32,000 nt of DNA, from the NCBI RefSeq assembly GCF_000283555.1, contig NC_016012.1, positions 630,001 through 662,000 on the forward strand, read 5' to 3'. Positions 8,967 to 18,743 of this stretch are shown here, one piece after another; position 1 is the first letter of the stretch, and the number at the start of each line of letters is the position of its first letter. This DNA comes from Candidatus Arthromitus sp. SFB-rat-Yit. Its GTDB lineage: Bacteria > Bacillota > Clostridia > Clostridiales > Clostridiaceae. The translations under genes were made by a program, and so were the position numbers. The notes under the pieces are model-generated. The model saw only the letters and a program-made list of their open reading frames with translations, did not search any database and was not told where the DNA came from.

Positions 8967-10161
8967 AAAATTTAGTGTTTCATCTTTGACAAATTATATA
9001 AAAGTTAGTCTTGAAAGTGATATTCTTCTTTCAAATGTAAGTGTAAGCGGAGAAGTTTCTAACTATAAAAAACATTCTAATGGCAATGTATATTTTTCTC
9101 TTAAGGATAATGAATGTAAAATTAACTGTGTAATGTTTGGGAAATACATGGAAGAAATTGATTTTGTAGATTTTAATGATGGAGAAAAAATTGATATATT
9201 AGGGAAAATATCTCTGTATGGCAAAGAGGGAACATATCAACTCATTTGTTATATGGTAGAAAAACAAGGTGTTGGAGATTTACATAAAGAATTTGAAAAG
9301 CTTAAGGAAAAACTTAGAGAGAAGGGATATTTTGATGAATCAAACAAGAAACAGATCCCTTCTTTTTCGTTTAATATAGGGATTATAACTTCAAAGACTG
9401 GAGCAGTAATACAAGATATTTTAAATGTTGCAAAGAGAAAGAATCCGTTTATCAATATAAAAGTTTTTGATTCACTTGTTCAGGGTCCAGAGGCTTATAA
9501 AGATATAATACAAGGTATTAGGTATTTTAATATAGAAAATAATGTTGATGTAATAATAATCGCAAGAGGTGGAGGATCTATAGAAGATCTTTGGGCTTTT
9601 AATAATGAAGTTTTAGCTGAAGAGATTTATAAATCAAAGATACCTATAGTAAGTGGAGTTGGTCACGAAACAGATTTTACTATTTGTGATTTTGTTAGTG
9701 ATTTGAGAGCATCTACTCCTACTGCATCTGCAGATATATGTATACCTGATATGGATTCTATTTTGTTTTTAATTGATAGTGCAAGAGATAGTTTAAATAA
9801 AAGTATTGATAGGGCTATTGGAAATTTTAAAAATAGAGTTTATGAGCATAAGATGAGCATAAGTTCCTACTCCCCTAAAAAGATTTTAAATGAGAAGTTG
9901 ATTAAAATTAACAATGTGTCGCTATCTTTAAATAAGAAAATGAAAGATTCAATTATGAAATTTAAAGATCAGTTTAGTGAATTAAGATTAAAACTTGAGA
10001 AAAATGATATAAATCAAATACTTGATAAAGGTTTTGTTTTGGTTTGCGATGAAAATTTAAATATAATTAGAGATCCAAAAAATATAAATCAAGAGAATGA
10101 TATTTCACTTATGTTTAAAGATGAAATTATAAAAGGAAAATTTATTAAAAAGGAGGTTTAG
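8956..10161 (+). CDS. xseA: Exodeoxyribonuclease VII large subunit
   Basis: N-terminal OB fold (VSGEVSNYKKHSNGNVYFSLKDNECKINCVMF), GIITSKTGAVIQDIL, IIARGGGSIEDLWAFNNE, SGVGHETDFTICDFVSDLRASTPTA. Confidence 0.97.
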   Translation: MKLKKFSVSSLTNYIKVSLESDILLSNVSVSGEVSNYKKHSNGNVYFSLKDNECKINCVMFGKYMEEIDFVDFNDGEKIDILGKISLYGKEGTYQLICYMVEKQGVGDLHKEFEKLKEKLREKGYFDESNKKQIPSFSFNIGIITSKTGAVIQDILNVAKRKNPFINIKVFDSLVQGPEAYKDIIQGIRYFNIENNVDVIIIARGGGSIEDLWAFNNEVLAEEIYKSKIPIVSGVGHETDFTICDFVSDLRASTPTASADICIPDMDSILFLIDSARDSLNKSIDRAIGNFKNRVYEHKMSISSYSPKKILNEKLIKINNVSLSLNKKMKDSIMKFKDQFSELRLKLEKNDINQILDKGFVLVCDENLNIIRDPKNINQENDISLMFKDEIIKGKFIKKEV

Positions 10162-10165
10162 ATTA

Positions 10166-10363
10166 TTGGGTAATATGAAATTTGAGCAAAAGATGGGCTT
10201 GCTTGATAAAATTGTAAAAGAACTTGATAAAGGCAATTTATCTATAGAAGAAATTTTTGATAAATACAAAGAAGGAATTGAATTGTGTAATGAACTTAAT
10301 GGATTTATAAAAGAACTGGAAGGTAAGGTTGAGCATATAGAGTCATCTTTAAAGGGAGATTAA
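10166..10363 (+). CDS. xseB: Exodeoxyribonuclease VII small subunit
   Basis: 65 aa, FEQKMGLLDKIVKELDKGNLSIEEIFDKYKEGIELCNELN. TTG start supported by upstream aaggagg; follows xseA. Confidence 0.9.
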   Translation: MGNMKFEQKMGLLDKIVKELDKGNLSIEEIFDKYKEGIELCNELNGFIKELEGKVEHIESSLKGD

Positions 10364-10367
10364 TGTT

Positions 10368-11237
10368 ATGAAGTTTGAGTATTTAAAACAAGAAGTTGAT
10401 TATGAAATAAATAATTTGTTTTTAAATAAAGAGGGTTTAAACAAAATAGTTTATGAATCCATGTCTTATAGTTTATCAATTGGAGGTAAAAGGATTAGGC
10501 CGATTTTATTTTTATATACATATTTGCTTTTTAAAGAGAACTACAAAGATGTTATTCCGTTTGCTTGTTATATAGAAATGATTCATACGTACTCGTTGAT
10601 ACATGATGACTTACCTAGTATGGATAATGATATGTTAAGGAGAGGAAATTTAACAAATCATGTGAAATTTAGTGAGGCTGTTGCATTACTTTCTGGTGAT
10701 GGTCTTTTGACTGAGGCTTTTAAAAATATGATTGAGTTTTCTATAAAGCATGGAATGAAAGCACTTTATGCAACTTTTGTAGTTGCTAAAAGTATTGATT
10801 GTGATGGAATGATTGGTGGTCAAGTAGTAGATATTATAACAAAAAATAGAGAACTTAACGAATACACACTAAAGTATATAAACAAGAATAAAACAGGAGC
10901 ACTTATAAAAGCCTCTGTACTATCTGCTGCATATCTTGGAGATGCGAGTGATGAAGAGGTTAAAAAATTATCTGAATATGCTCATTATATCGGATTAACT
11001 TTTCAAATAATTGATGATATTTTGGATAAAATAGGAGATACTCAGACACTTGGAAAAACTTCTAATAGCGATATCCGTAATAAGAAATTTACATATGTTG
11101 ATTTGTACGGTATTGATTTGTGCAAAAAAATTTGTGAAGATAATACAAACAAGGCTATAAACATACTTAACTCATTGAATAGGGACGTATCTAATTTAAT
11201 TGATTTTACAAAATACATGTTGAATAGGAAATTTTAA
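10368..11237 (+). CDS. ispA: Polyprenyl (farnesyl/geranyl) diphosphate synthase
   Basis: SIGGKRIRPILFL, first Asp-rich motif HDDLPSMDNDMLRRG, second motif LTFQIIDDILD. Confidence 0.92.
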   Translation: MKFEYLKQEVDYEINNLFLNKEGLNKIVYESMSYSLSIGGKRIRPILFLYTYLLFKENYKDVIPFACYIEMIHTYSLIHDDLPSMDNDMLRRGNLTNHVKFSEAVALLSGDGLLTEAFKNMIEFSIKHGMKALYATFVVAKSIDCDGMIGGQVVDIITKNRELNEYTLKYINKNKTGALIKASVLSAAYLGDASDEEVKKLSEYAHYIGLTFQIIDDILDKIGDTQTLGKTSNSDIRNKKFTYVDLYGIDLCKKICEDNTNKAINILNSLNRDVSNLIDFTKYMLNRKF

Positions 11238-11243
11238 TTATTT

Positions 11244-12065
11244 ATGAGTGGAAAGAAACGATTAGATGTTATTTTGGTTGAAAGAGGATTTTTTGATTCG
11301 AGGCAAGTAGCTAGGACAAATATAATGTGTGGCAATGTTATTGTTAATGGAATCAAAATAACTAAAGCGGGAGAAAAAATTGATTGTGATTTAAACATTA
11401 AGATACTTGATCAAAAAGAAACGATTTATGTTAGTAGGGCTGGAGCAAAACTTAAAAAGGCAATCGATATGTTTGAAATTGATTTGAATGATAAAATATG
11501 TTTTGATATTGGGGCGTCGACGGGTGGATTTACTGATTGTATGCTTCGTGAAGGTTCGGTTAAAATTTTCGCTATTGATGTTGGTTATGGACAACTTGAT
11601 TATAGACTTAGGATGGATGAAAGAGTTGTTGTGTTTGAAAGAATGAATGTGCGTTATGCTGAACCAGAAACTTTTTCACATAAAGGGGATTTTGCATCAA
11701 TTGATGTTTCATTTATTTCTATAGAAAAAATATTAAATAAGGTTCGAAATTTTTTGAAAAATGATGCACAAATTGTTGCATTAATAAAACCTCAATTTGA
11801 AGCTGGTAAAGGTAAAGTAAATAAAAAAGGAATAGTTAAAGATAAGGAAGTACACTTTGAAGTTATAGAGAAGATTGTTAAATTTGCTGAAGCAAATAAT
11901 TTTAAAGTTCTTAACTTAACATACTCACCTATAAAAGGTGGACATGGCAATATTGAATTTCTTTTACATTTAAGCGTTAAAAATTTATCTGAAAATATTA
12001 TGATTGATGATGAATTTATTAGGAAAGTTATAGATGAAGCACATATAGAGCAAAACTATAATTAA
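11244..12065 (+). CDS. tlyA: TlyA family rRNA (2'-O-)methyltransferase
   Basis: N-terminal S4-like domain (KRLDVILVERGFFDSRQVARTNIMCGNVIVNG), CFDIGASTGGFTDCMLREG, DVGYGQLDYRLRMDERV, IKPQFEAGKG. Confidence 0.92.
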   Translation: MSGKKRLDVILVERGFFDSRQVARTNIMCGNVIVNGIKITKAGEKIDCDLNIKILDQKETIYVSRAGAKLKKAIDMFEIDLNDKICFDIGASTGGFTDCMLREGSVKIFAIDVGYGQLDYRLRMDERVVVFERMNVRYAEPETFSHKGDFASIDVSFISIEKILNKVRNFLKNDAQIVALIKPQFEAGKGKVNKKGIVKDKEVHFEVIEKIVKFAEANNFKVLNLTYSPIKGGHGNIEFLLHLSVKNLSENIMIDDEFIRKVIDEAHIEQNYN

Positions 12066-12077
12066 GGAGAAAATTAA

Positions 12078-12899
12078 ATGATATTTGGAATATCAGTCAA
12101 TACTTCTAAAAATAATTATGATAAAATTGTTGAGATGATAGAAGATGTACTTAGAGAGAAATTTGACAATTGTGAGGTTAGAATATTTTTAGATGGAATG
12201 AATTTAGAAAATGAAAAGAATGAGCTTTCATTTTTGTTTATAGTTGGTGGAGACGGAACAATTCTTCGCTCAGTGAAAATTATAGATGCTTGTGACCTTC
12301 CATTAATCGGGGTTAATTATGGAACTTTAGGATTTATGGCAAGTATTGAATTGAGTGACATTGAAAGGGCTATTGATCAAATAAAGAATAATGAATATTA
12401 CATAGAGAAAAGATTAATGATAGAGGCTTGTATAGAAGGGTTTTGCAATGAAAAGCACATAGCTCTAAATGATATAGTCATAACAAAATTACCAATATCA
12501 AGACTGTTGAAATTTAATATATTTATTGATGGTAATTATTATAACTCGTTTTCTGGTGACGGATTGATAATTTCAACCCCAACAGGATCAACAGCATATT
12601 CGTTATCTGCTGGAGGTCCAATAGTTTCTCCAGATGTTGAATCAATCATTATAACTCCGATATGTCCACATTCGTTGAATGCTAAAAGTTTAGTAATTAG
12701 TCCACAAAGCATTATAAGTTTGGAGATTGATGGAGTAGATGATAATTCTTATGTTATTGTAGATGGACGAAGCCAGAAAATGATTTTAAACAATAAAATT
12801 CTTAAAATACAAAAATGTAAAAGATATTGCTCGCTTGTTAGATTTAATTTTTATGATTATTATAATGTTTTACGTGAAAAACTTATTAATAGGATTTAA
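12078..12899 (+). CDS. nadK: NAD kinase
   Basis: FIVGGDGTILRSVK, GVNYGTLGFMASIE, DGLIISTPTGSTAYSLSAGGPIVSP. Confidence 0.94.
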   Translation: MIFGISVNTSKNNYDKIVEMIEDVLREKFDNCEVRIFLDGMNLENEKNELSFLFIVGGDGTILRSVKIIDACDLPLIGVNYGTLGFMASIELSDIERAIDQIKNNEYYIEKRLMIEACIEGFCNEKHIALNDIVITKLPISRLLKFNIFIDGNYYNSFSGDGLIISTPTGSTAYSLSAGGPIVSPDVESIIITPICPHSLNAKSLVISPQSIISLEIDGVDDNSYVIVDGRSQKMILNNKILKIQKCKRYCSLVRFNFYDYYNVLREKLINRI

Positions 12900-12919
12900 A
12901 ATTTAGGGAGATTTGAGAA

Positions 12920-13384
12920 ATGATAAAAAATAAACGCCATGAGAAAATAATAGATATTATAATAAATAAAGATATTGAAACTCAGGAAGAATTAGCAGAT
13001 GAATTAAGAAGTGCAGGATTTGATGTAACTCAGGCAACAGTATCTAGAGATATAAAGATATTGAAACTTATAAAAATTTCTACAAACTCTGGAACATACA
13101 AATATGGTGTTTTGAACAATCAAGAATTTAATGAAGTGACAAAGGTTGAGAGATATAAAACTATAATAGCCAGCAGTATTTTGTCAATGGAACAAATCGA
13201 TAAGGTTTTGGTTATACGAACACTTCCAGGGGCAGCTTCAGTTGTTGGCGAGGTTATAGATTCGCTAAATTTGGATGATATTGCTGGAAATGTAGCAGGT
13301 GATAACACTATCTTTGTTATGGTTAGAAACGAAAATTCTATACCTAACATACAGGAAAAAATAAATAACCTTATAAAAAGTTAG
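12920..13384 (+). CDS. argR: Arginine repressor family regulator
   Basis: 154 aa, ETQEELADELRSAGFDVTQATVSRDIKILKLIKI wHTH and C-terminal VIRTLPGAASVVGEVIDSLNLDDIAGNVAGDNTIFVMVR. Confidence 0.93.
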   Translation: MIKNKRHEKIIDIIINKDIETQEELADELRSAGFDVTQATVSRDIKILKLIKISTNSGTYKYGVLNNQEFNEVTKVERYKTIIASSILSMEQIDKVLVIRTLPGAASVVGEVIDSLNLDDIAGNVAGDNTIFVMVRNENSIPNIQEKINNLIKS

Positions 13385-13394
13385 GGGAATTTTA

Positions 13395-15059
13395 ATGTTA
13401 AGGAAGATGAGGATAGAAAAATTTGCTTTAATAGATAGCTTGGATTTAGAATTTGAAAAAGGATTCACGGTAATTTCTGGAGAAACGGGTTCAGGAAAAT
13501 CTATTTTAATTGATGCAATATGTTTTATACTTGGATTTAAATTTAATAAAAGCATTGTTAGAAATGGAGAAGATAAAACATTTGTTGAGGCAATTTTTGA
13601 TATAGATCATGAAAAAATAAATGAAATTCTTGATGTTAATGGCATTGAAATAGAAGATTATCTATTTATAAGACGTGAAGGTTATGTTAATGGGAAGAGT
13701 ATTGTTAGAATAAATGGTCGAATTGTTACAAATAACACTTTAAAATTAATTTCCAAATATTTGATGGACATACATACACAGCATCAAAACTATGAACTTT
13801 TAAATAATTCTAAACATATTAATTATTTGGATAAATACATAGGAAATAAAATTGATTTTAAAAATTATTTGTGTGTTTTTAAGGAATGGAATGAATTACG
13901 AGATAAAATAAACGAGATTAAAAACAATGACCTTAATGAGAGTTATATAGAATATGTAAAGTTTCAAATAAATGAGTTGAACTCTGCAAAACTTATTATA
14001 GGTGAAGATTATGAGCTTGAGAAAAAGATAAAGCTTCTTAATAATAGTGAAAAGATTAGCAAAACACTTAATGCATCATTAGATTCATTAATTTATAGGG
14101 AGCAATTTGCAATAAATAATGAATTGATGAATATTATTAAGTCGATTAGGATGATTGATTTGAAAGATCTTAATGAAATTTCAAATAAATTGGAAGAAAT
14201 TTATTATGATTTGGAAAGTATAGGTGAAGATATAAAAGCAATATGTGATCAAACGTATTTTGATATAGATGAATTTGATAGCATAAATGCAAGGATATAT
14301 AAGATAAATGCTTTGAAAAAGAAGTTTAATAAAATGGATGTTGAGGATTTGATTAAATATAATGAAGAATTACAAGTGTATCTTGACAATGCTCTGAATC
14401 AAGAAAATCTTCTCAAAAGTTATGAAGAGCTTGAATGTGAAAAGCGTAATCAACTTAGAGTAGAGGCAGATAAAATAACAGAGATACGAAGGAAGTATGC
14501 AAAAATAATTGAAAATGAAATAGTTGATGAATTAAATTATATGGGAATGGAAAACATAATTTTTGAGATTAATATTGAAAAAGATAAAGATTTTACCCCA
14601 ATAGGTAACGATAATGTTAGCTTTTTTATATCCACAAATAAAGGTGAACCATTAAAAGATTTATCAAAGGTTGTGTCTGGTGGTGAATTGTCAAGAATAA
14701 TGTTGGCCTTAAAAATTGTATTTTTGGGAAATGAACCTATCTCTGGTATAATTTTTGATGAGATTGATACTGGGGTGAGTGGGAAGATAGCCCAAAAAGT
14801 TGGGGAAAAAATGTATTTATTGTCTAAAAGATGCCAGGTTTTTTGCATAACCCATCTTGCTCAAATTGCAAGTTTGTCCGACAATCATTATCTTGTTTCA
14901 AAAAAAATAGATAATGATAAAACGTATTCAAATATTAGGATGATAGGCTATGATGAAAAGATAAACGAAATTGCTAAGATGATTGGTGGAGAGAATATCA
15001 CAGAAGGAGCATATATTAGTGCTAAGGAACTTATTGGGAATAAAAAATTATTAGAATAA
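13395..15059 (+). CDS. recN: DNA repair protein RecN
   Basis: Walker A FTVISGETGSGKSILIDAI, coiled-coil centre, LSKVVSGGELSRIMLALKIVF, IIFDEIDTGVSGKIAQKV, CITHLAQIAS. Confidence 0.96.
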   Translation: MLRKMRIEKFALIDSLDLEFEKGFTVISGETGSGKSILIDAICFILGFKFNKSIVRNGEDKTFVEAIFDIDHEKINEILDVNGIEIEDYLFIRREGYVNGKSIVRINGRIVTNNTLKLISKYLMDIHTQHQNYELLNNSKHINYLDKYIGNKIDFKNYLCVFKEWNELRDKINEIKNNDLNESYIEYVKFQINELNSAKLIIGEDYELEKKIKLLNNSEKISKTLNASLDSLIYREQFAINNELMNIIKSIRMIDLKDLNEISNKLEEIYYDLESIGEDIKAICDQTYFDIDEFDSINARIYKINALKKKFNKMDVEDLIKYNEELQVYLDNALNQENLLKSYEELECEKRNQLRVEADKITEIRRKYAKIIENEIVDELNYMGMENIIFEINIEKDKDFTPIGNDNVSFFISTNKGEPLKDLSKVVSGGELSRIMLALKIVFLGNEPISGIIFDEIDTGVSGKIAQKVGEKMYLLSKRCQVFCITHLAQIASLSDNHYLVSKKIDNDKTYSNIRMIGYDEKINEIAKMIGGENITEGAYISAKELIGNKKLLE

Positions 15060-15081
15060 AATATTTTCAAAGTGGAACAAT

Positions 15082-15113
15082 AAATCATGGGTGTATATGC
15101 TCATGATTTTTTT
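15082..15113 (+). terminator. Intrinsic terminator after recN
   Basis: AAATCATGGG tgtatatg CTCATGATTT (10 bp stem with one G-T wobble), then TTTT. Confidence 0.7.
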
Positions 15114-15141
15114 ATGTCTACATGGTTAATGTAAAGGAGGA

Positions 15142-16332
15142 ATGAGTATGCGAATAAAAAAATTTCTAAAAATTTTCGCAGTATTTACTCCTATATTAGT
15201 ATTATTTTTGTATATTTCCTCTGTTTTATTTAGTATACCAGAGGTTGTGTTTTTAAGGGATGGGAATAATTTAAAATCTAATAAAGGGATAATAAATTAT
15301 ACATTAAATAAAATCTACGACAATATTTCGGAATACAATGCTGAATTTTTGGGATTTAAAATTCGAACGGTTGAAGTTATGGCAATCCCTAAAGAGGTTG
15401 AGCTTTATCCTGGAGGTCACATTGTCGGAATTAAATTAAGAACTAATGGACCTCTTATAGTTGGATTTTCTGACATAGAAAATAATTTTAATAAAGCTTA
15501 TAGCCCTTCAAAAGATGGAGGACTTAATATAGGAGATATAGTTTTATCAATAAATGATATTGAAATTACTTCATCTGAAGTTTTATCAGAAACATTAAGC
15601 AACTTGGATGCTGATGAATTAGAGATTAAGGTAGAGCGTGATGAGAAAATTATTGTAAAAAAAATACATCCAATTAAAAGTGTTGATGGCAAAAATAAAA
15701 TAGGACTTTGGGTTAGAGATTCAACAGCTGGGATTGGAACATTGACATTTGTTGATCCTAATACTGGAGTTTATGGAGCGCTTGGTCATCCTATAACAGA
15801 TGTTGATACAGGAGATATAATTAAAATTAGTAAAGGAAGTATTGTGAGTTCTTCGATAGTTAATGTTAAGCGTGGAGAAAAGGGAAACCCTGGAGAGCTT
15901 AAGGGAGTTTTTATAAATGACAATATAAATTTGGGAAGCGTTGAACAGAATACAAAATTTGGAATATTTGGAAAATATAGCCTAGAAAATTTTTATAATG
16001 AAAAGCTAAAGATAGCTCTGAAAGATGAGATTCAAGAAGGACCAGCTCAAATAATTTCAACAGTTGATAGTGGTGAGCCAAGAATGTATGATGTTGTTAT
16101 TGAAAAACTACTTCAGCAAGATAATCCAAGTTCGAAAAGTATGGTTATTAAAGTGGTTGATGAGGATTTACTTGAGAAGACTGGAGGAATTGTACAAGGA
16201 ATGAGTGGAAGTCCTATAATACAAAACAATAAAATAATAGGTGCAGTAACCCATGTATTAGTAAACAAACCAGATACTGGTTATGGTATATATATAGAAT
16301 GGATGCTAAAAGAGAGTAAAATTTTTGATTAA
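15142..16332 (+). CDS. spoIVB: SpoIVB serine peptidase (sigma-K checkpoint)
   Basis: Starts at or near 15142-15148 (ATG). Single N-terminal TM, PDZ-like VGDIVLSINDIEITS, DSTAGIGTLTFVDPNTGVYGALGHPITD, catalytic GGIVQGMSGSPIIQNNKIIGAVTHVLVNKPDTGYGIYIEWML. Located between recN and spo0A. Confidence 0.94.
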   Translation: MSMRIKKFLKIFAVFTPILVLFLYISSVLFSIPEVVFLRDGNNLKSNKGIINYTLNKIYDNISEYNAEFLGFKIRTVEVMAIPKEVELYPGGHIVGIKLRTNGPLIVGFSDIENNFNKAYSPSKDGGLNIGDIVLSINDIEITSSEVLSETLSNLDADELEIKVERDEKIIVKKIHPIKSVDGKNKIGLWVRDSTAGIGTLTFVDPNTGVYGALGHPITDVDTGDIIKISKGSIVSSSIVNVKRGEKGNPGELKGVFINDNINLGSVEQNTKFGIFGKYSLENFYNEKLKIALKDEIQEGPAQIISTVDSGEPRMYDVVIEKLLQQDNPSSKSMVIKVVDEDLLEKTGGIVQGMSGSPIIQNNKIIGAVTHVLVNKPDTGYGIYIEWMLKESKIFD

Positions 16333-16364
16333 AAACTACATTAATTTAGTTAATGTAGTTTTTT
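16331..16364 (+). terminator. Strong intrinsic terminator after spoIVB
   Basis: AAAAACTACATTAA tttag TTAATGTAGTTTTT (14 bp perfect stem, 5 nt loop), continuing into T. Confidence 0.85.
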
Positions 16365-16389
16365 GCTTAGATAAAAAAGATAAAAAATA

Positions 16390-16436
16390 GAAGGAAATAA
16401 ATTTTCTTTGTCGAAAATCTTAGAGAAGGTTATAAT
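16390..16436 (+). promoter_or_regulatory. Composite spo0A promoter: sigma-H-like element, 0A box and sigma-A-like promoter
   Basis: Sigma-H-like gaAGGAaat (16390-16398) - 11 nt - gtcGAAA (16410-16416); 0A box TGTCGAA (16409-16415); sigma-A-like TTGTCG (16408-16413) - 17 nt - TATAAT (16431-16436). Confidence 0.6.
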
Positions 16437-16466
16437 GAGGCGAATTTTAAAAGGGGCGAAAAAACA

Positions 16467-17297
16467 TTGGAAAATAAAAAGATAAGAATTTTGATTGCTG
16501 ATGATAATGAGGAGTTTTGTATAATTTTAAAAGATTATTTAAATAATGAAGGTAATTTTGATGTTGTCGGTGTAGCTAAAAATGGTATCGAAGCGTTAAA
16601 ACTTATATACGAAACTAAGCCCGATCTACTTATACTTGATATAATAATGCCACATTTAGATGGGTTAGGTGTATTGGAAAAATTAAATTTAAATAAAGAT
16701 TCAGAGTTAGCTCCTAAAATTATTGTATTATCAGCTGTTGGACAAGATAAGATAACACAAAATGCTATTAAGCTTGGTGTAGATTATTATGTTTTAAAGC
16801 CTTTTGATATGGATATCTTTATCAGAAGAATAAAGGAAATGTTTAGTATTACATTGGATAACAAATATTTTGTACATAAACAAAACAGTGTAATTAATTC
16901 TGGTAATGATGGATCAGATAATTCTTTTAAACAAGTGGAGCATGTTGATCTAGAAAGTGAGATAACAGGTATAATACATGAGATTGGAGTTCCGGCACAC
17001 ATTAAAGGATATTTTTATTTAAGAGAAGCGATTTCAATGGTGGTTAATGACATAGAATTATTGTCAGCTGTTACAAAAGAATTATATCCTTCTATCGCTA
17101 GGAAATATAACACAACATCAAGTAGAGTTGAGAGGGCTATACGTCATGCTATTGAAGTTGCATGGAGTAGAGGTCAAATAGATAGTATAAATAAGATTTT
17201 TGGATACACCATACATAATGAAAAGGGTAAGCCAACGAATTCTGAGTTTATTGCAATGGTAGCAGATCGGTTAAGACTTAAGAATAAGGTTGGATAA
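16467..17297 (+). CDS. spo0A: Sporulation master regulator Spo0A
   Basis: Receiver domain [18 protein letters not shown]...[20 protein letters not shown]...[14 protein letters not shown]...[11 protein letters not shown]-binding domain [29 protein letters not shown]...[35 protein letters not shown] start. Confidence 0.97.
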   Translation: MENKKIRILIADDNEEFCIILKDYLNNEGNFDVVGVAKNGIEALKLIYETKPDLLILDIIMPHLDGLGVLEKLNLNKDSELAPKIIVLSAVGQDKITQNAIKLGVDYYVLKPFDMDIFIRRIKEMFSITLDNKYFVHKQNSVINSGNDGSDNSFKQVEHVDLESEITGIIHEIGVPAHIKGYFYLREAISMVVNDIELLSAVTKELYPSIARKYNTTSSRVERAIRHAIEVAWSRGQIDSINKIFGYTIHNEKGKPTNSEFIAMVADRLRLKNKVG

Positions 17298-17301
17298 TAA
17301 T

Positions 17302-17334
17302 AAAAGCAAGAGTTTGTGTTACTCTTGCTTTTTA
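17302..17334. terminator. Intrinsic terminator between spo0A and the convergent hypothetical gene
   Basis: AAAAGCAAGAGT ttgtgtt ACTCTTGCTTTT, then T; 12 bp perfect stem. Confidence 0.75.
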
Positions 17335-17337
17335 AAA

Positions 17338-17739
17338 TTATTTTCTAACTCTTTGTATTTTTGTTAAACTTTTAGGTTGAGGTTGATCAACTGGAATTAA
17401 ATCTTGTTTATTTGAAAGATTTCGTATGTTTAATATTTTCAAAATTTCATGGTTTTTCTTATCCCTTAAAGCTTGAACTATAACCAAATGCCCTTGGTTT
17501 AGATTCATGAAAGAAGGTTTTTTAAACCAACGTCTTTTTTTGTAAACACATTTTATAATATTTTTGCTATTTTGTGGTTTTATAACAACTACAGCTGTTA
17601 ATATGTAAAAAATCCATAAATATCTTTTAACATTAACTTTTACTGAGAGTATATTTCCTTGAGATTGAGTTAACCTGTCACCATATTTTTTTAAATATGA
17701 TTTTGTGTAATAATCTGTTAATTTATCTCTAAAACCCAT
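17338..17739 (-). CDS. Conserved-looking hypothetical protein, basic, 133 aa
   Basis: Good RBS on the minus strand (aaaaaggagtttgtaaATG) and a promoter-like TTGCAA (17793-17798) - 17 nt - TATAAA (17770-17775). The protein is Lys/Arg-rich with a short hydrophobic stretch. I do not recognise the family. Confidence 0.75.
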   Translation of the reverse strand: MGFRDKLTDYYTKSYLKKYGDRLTQSQGNILSVKVNVKRYLWIFYILTAVVVIKPQNSKNIIKCVYKKRRWFKKPSFMNLNQGHLVIVQALRDKKNHEILKILNIRNLSNKQDLIPVDQPQPKSLTKIQRVRK

Positions 17740-17881
17740 TTACAAACTCCTTTTTCCACAAACTATATATTTATATAGTATTATTTTATTTTTTGCAATT
17801 CAATATTTTTTTATAAATAATATGTAATTTTTAATTTATGGTAAAATGGTAATGTAATATAAATTTAAAGGAGTTTTAAAG

Positions 17882-18538
17882 ATGTTTAGTAAATATTTTG
17901 ATCATACTATATTGAAAGCTGATTCAACTAAAGATGAAATTATTAAATTGTGTGATGAGGCGAAGAAATATAATTTCGCTTCAGTATGTGTAAATCCATG
18001 TTATGTATCTCTTTGTCATGAGCAACTTAAGGATAGTGATGTTGATGTTTGTACAGTTGTTGGTTTTCCATTAGGAAGCATGACTACAGAGGCAAAATTA
18101 TTTGAAACAAAAGAGGCGTTGAAAAATAATGCTGATGAAATAGATATGGTTATAAATATCGGTAAGTTAAAAGATGAAGATTATGAATATGTTAAAAATG
18201 AAATTAAAGCACTTAAAGATGTTTGTGGAGATAAGGTTTTAAAAGTTATAATAGAAACTTGTCTTTTAACTGATGATGAAAAAATAATGGCTTGTAAATT
18301 ATCAAAAGAGGCTGGAGCTGATTTCGTTAAAACATCTACGGGAATGTCTAAGGCTGGTGCAACTAAAGAAGATATAGAATTAATGAGAAAAACAGTTGGA
18401 CATGAATTAGGAGTTAAAGCATCAGGTGGAGTTAGGGATCTTGAAACTGCAAATTGCATGATAAAACATGGTGCTACAAGAATAGGGACTTCTTCAACTG
18501 TTAAAATTATTAAAGATCATATTGAATTGAGTAAATAG
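17882..18538 (+). CDS. deoC: Deoxyribose-phosphate aldolase
   Basis: [75 protein letters not shown]. Confidence 0.95.
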   Translation: MFSKYFDHTILKADSTKDEIIKLCDEAKKYNFASVCVNPCYVSLCHEQLKDSDVDVCTVVGFPLGSMTTEAKLFETKEALKNNADEIDMVINIGKLKDEDYEYVKNEIKALKDVCGDKVLKVIIETCLLTDDEKIMACKLSKEAGADFVKTSTGMSKAGATKEDIELMRKTVGHELGVKASGGVRDLETANCMIKHGATRIGTSSTVKIIKDHIELSK

Positions 18539-18653
18539 AATAACCCATGCTATTTAATAATATAATTATATAAGTAAATTTGTATAATTTGTTTGATTGC
18601 TAAATGGGGGTTATATCTTAGATATTCAAAATGAATAGAAGGGGAATTTTATT

Positions 18654-18743
18654 ATGAAGAAAAACGAACTTAAAGTTATAACAAGATTAGATGATCAAGA
18701 CTACAAAGATATAATAAATGAATCTTTAAAAGAAACGTTATAG
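18654..18743 (+). CDS. Candidate 29-aa small protein (MKKNELKVITRLDDQDYKDIINESLKETL)
   Basis: Not in the ORF track. ATG preceded by gaagggg (SD-like). Occupies the otherwise empty 288 bp between deoC and the GDSL gene. Could be a gene remnant. Confidence 0.35.
   Translation: MKKNELKVITRLDDQDYKDIINESLKETL

Noticed and set aside
15040-15145. Possible sigma-G promoter for spoIVB
   Set aside because: GTATA-like and CATggTt-like elements exist upstream, but the spacing (about 23 nt) is outside the accepted range, so I did not call it.
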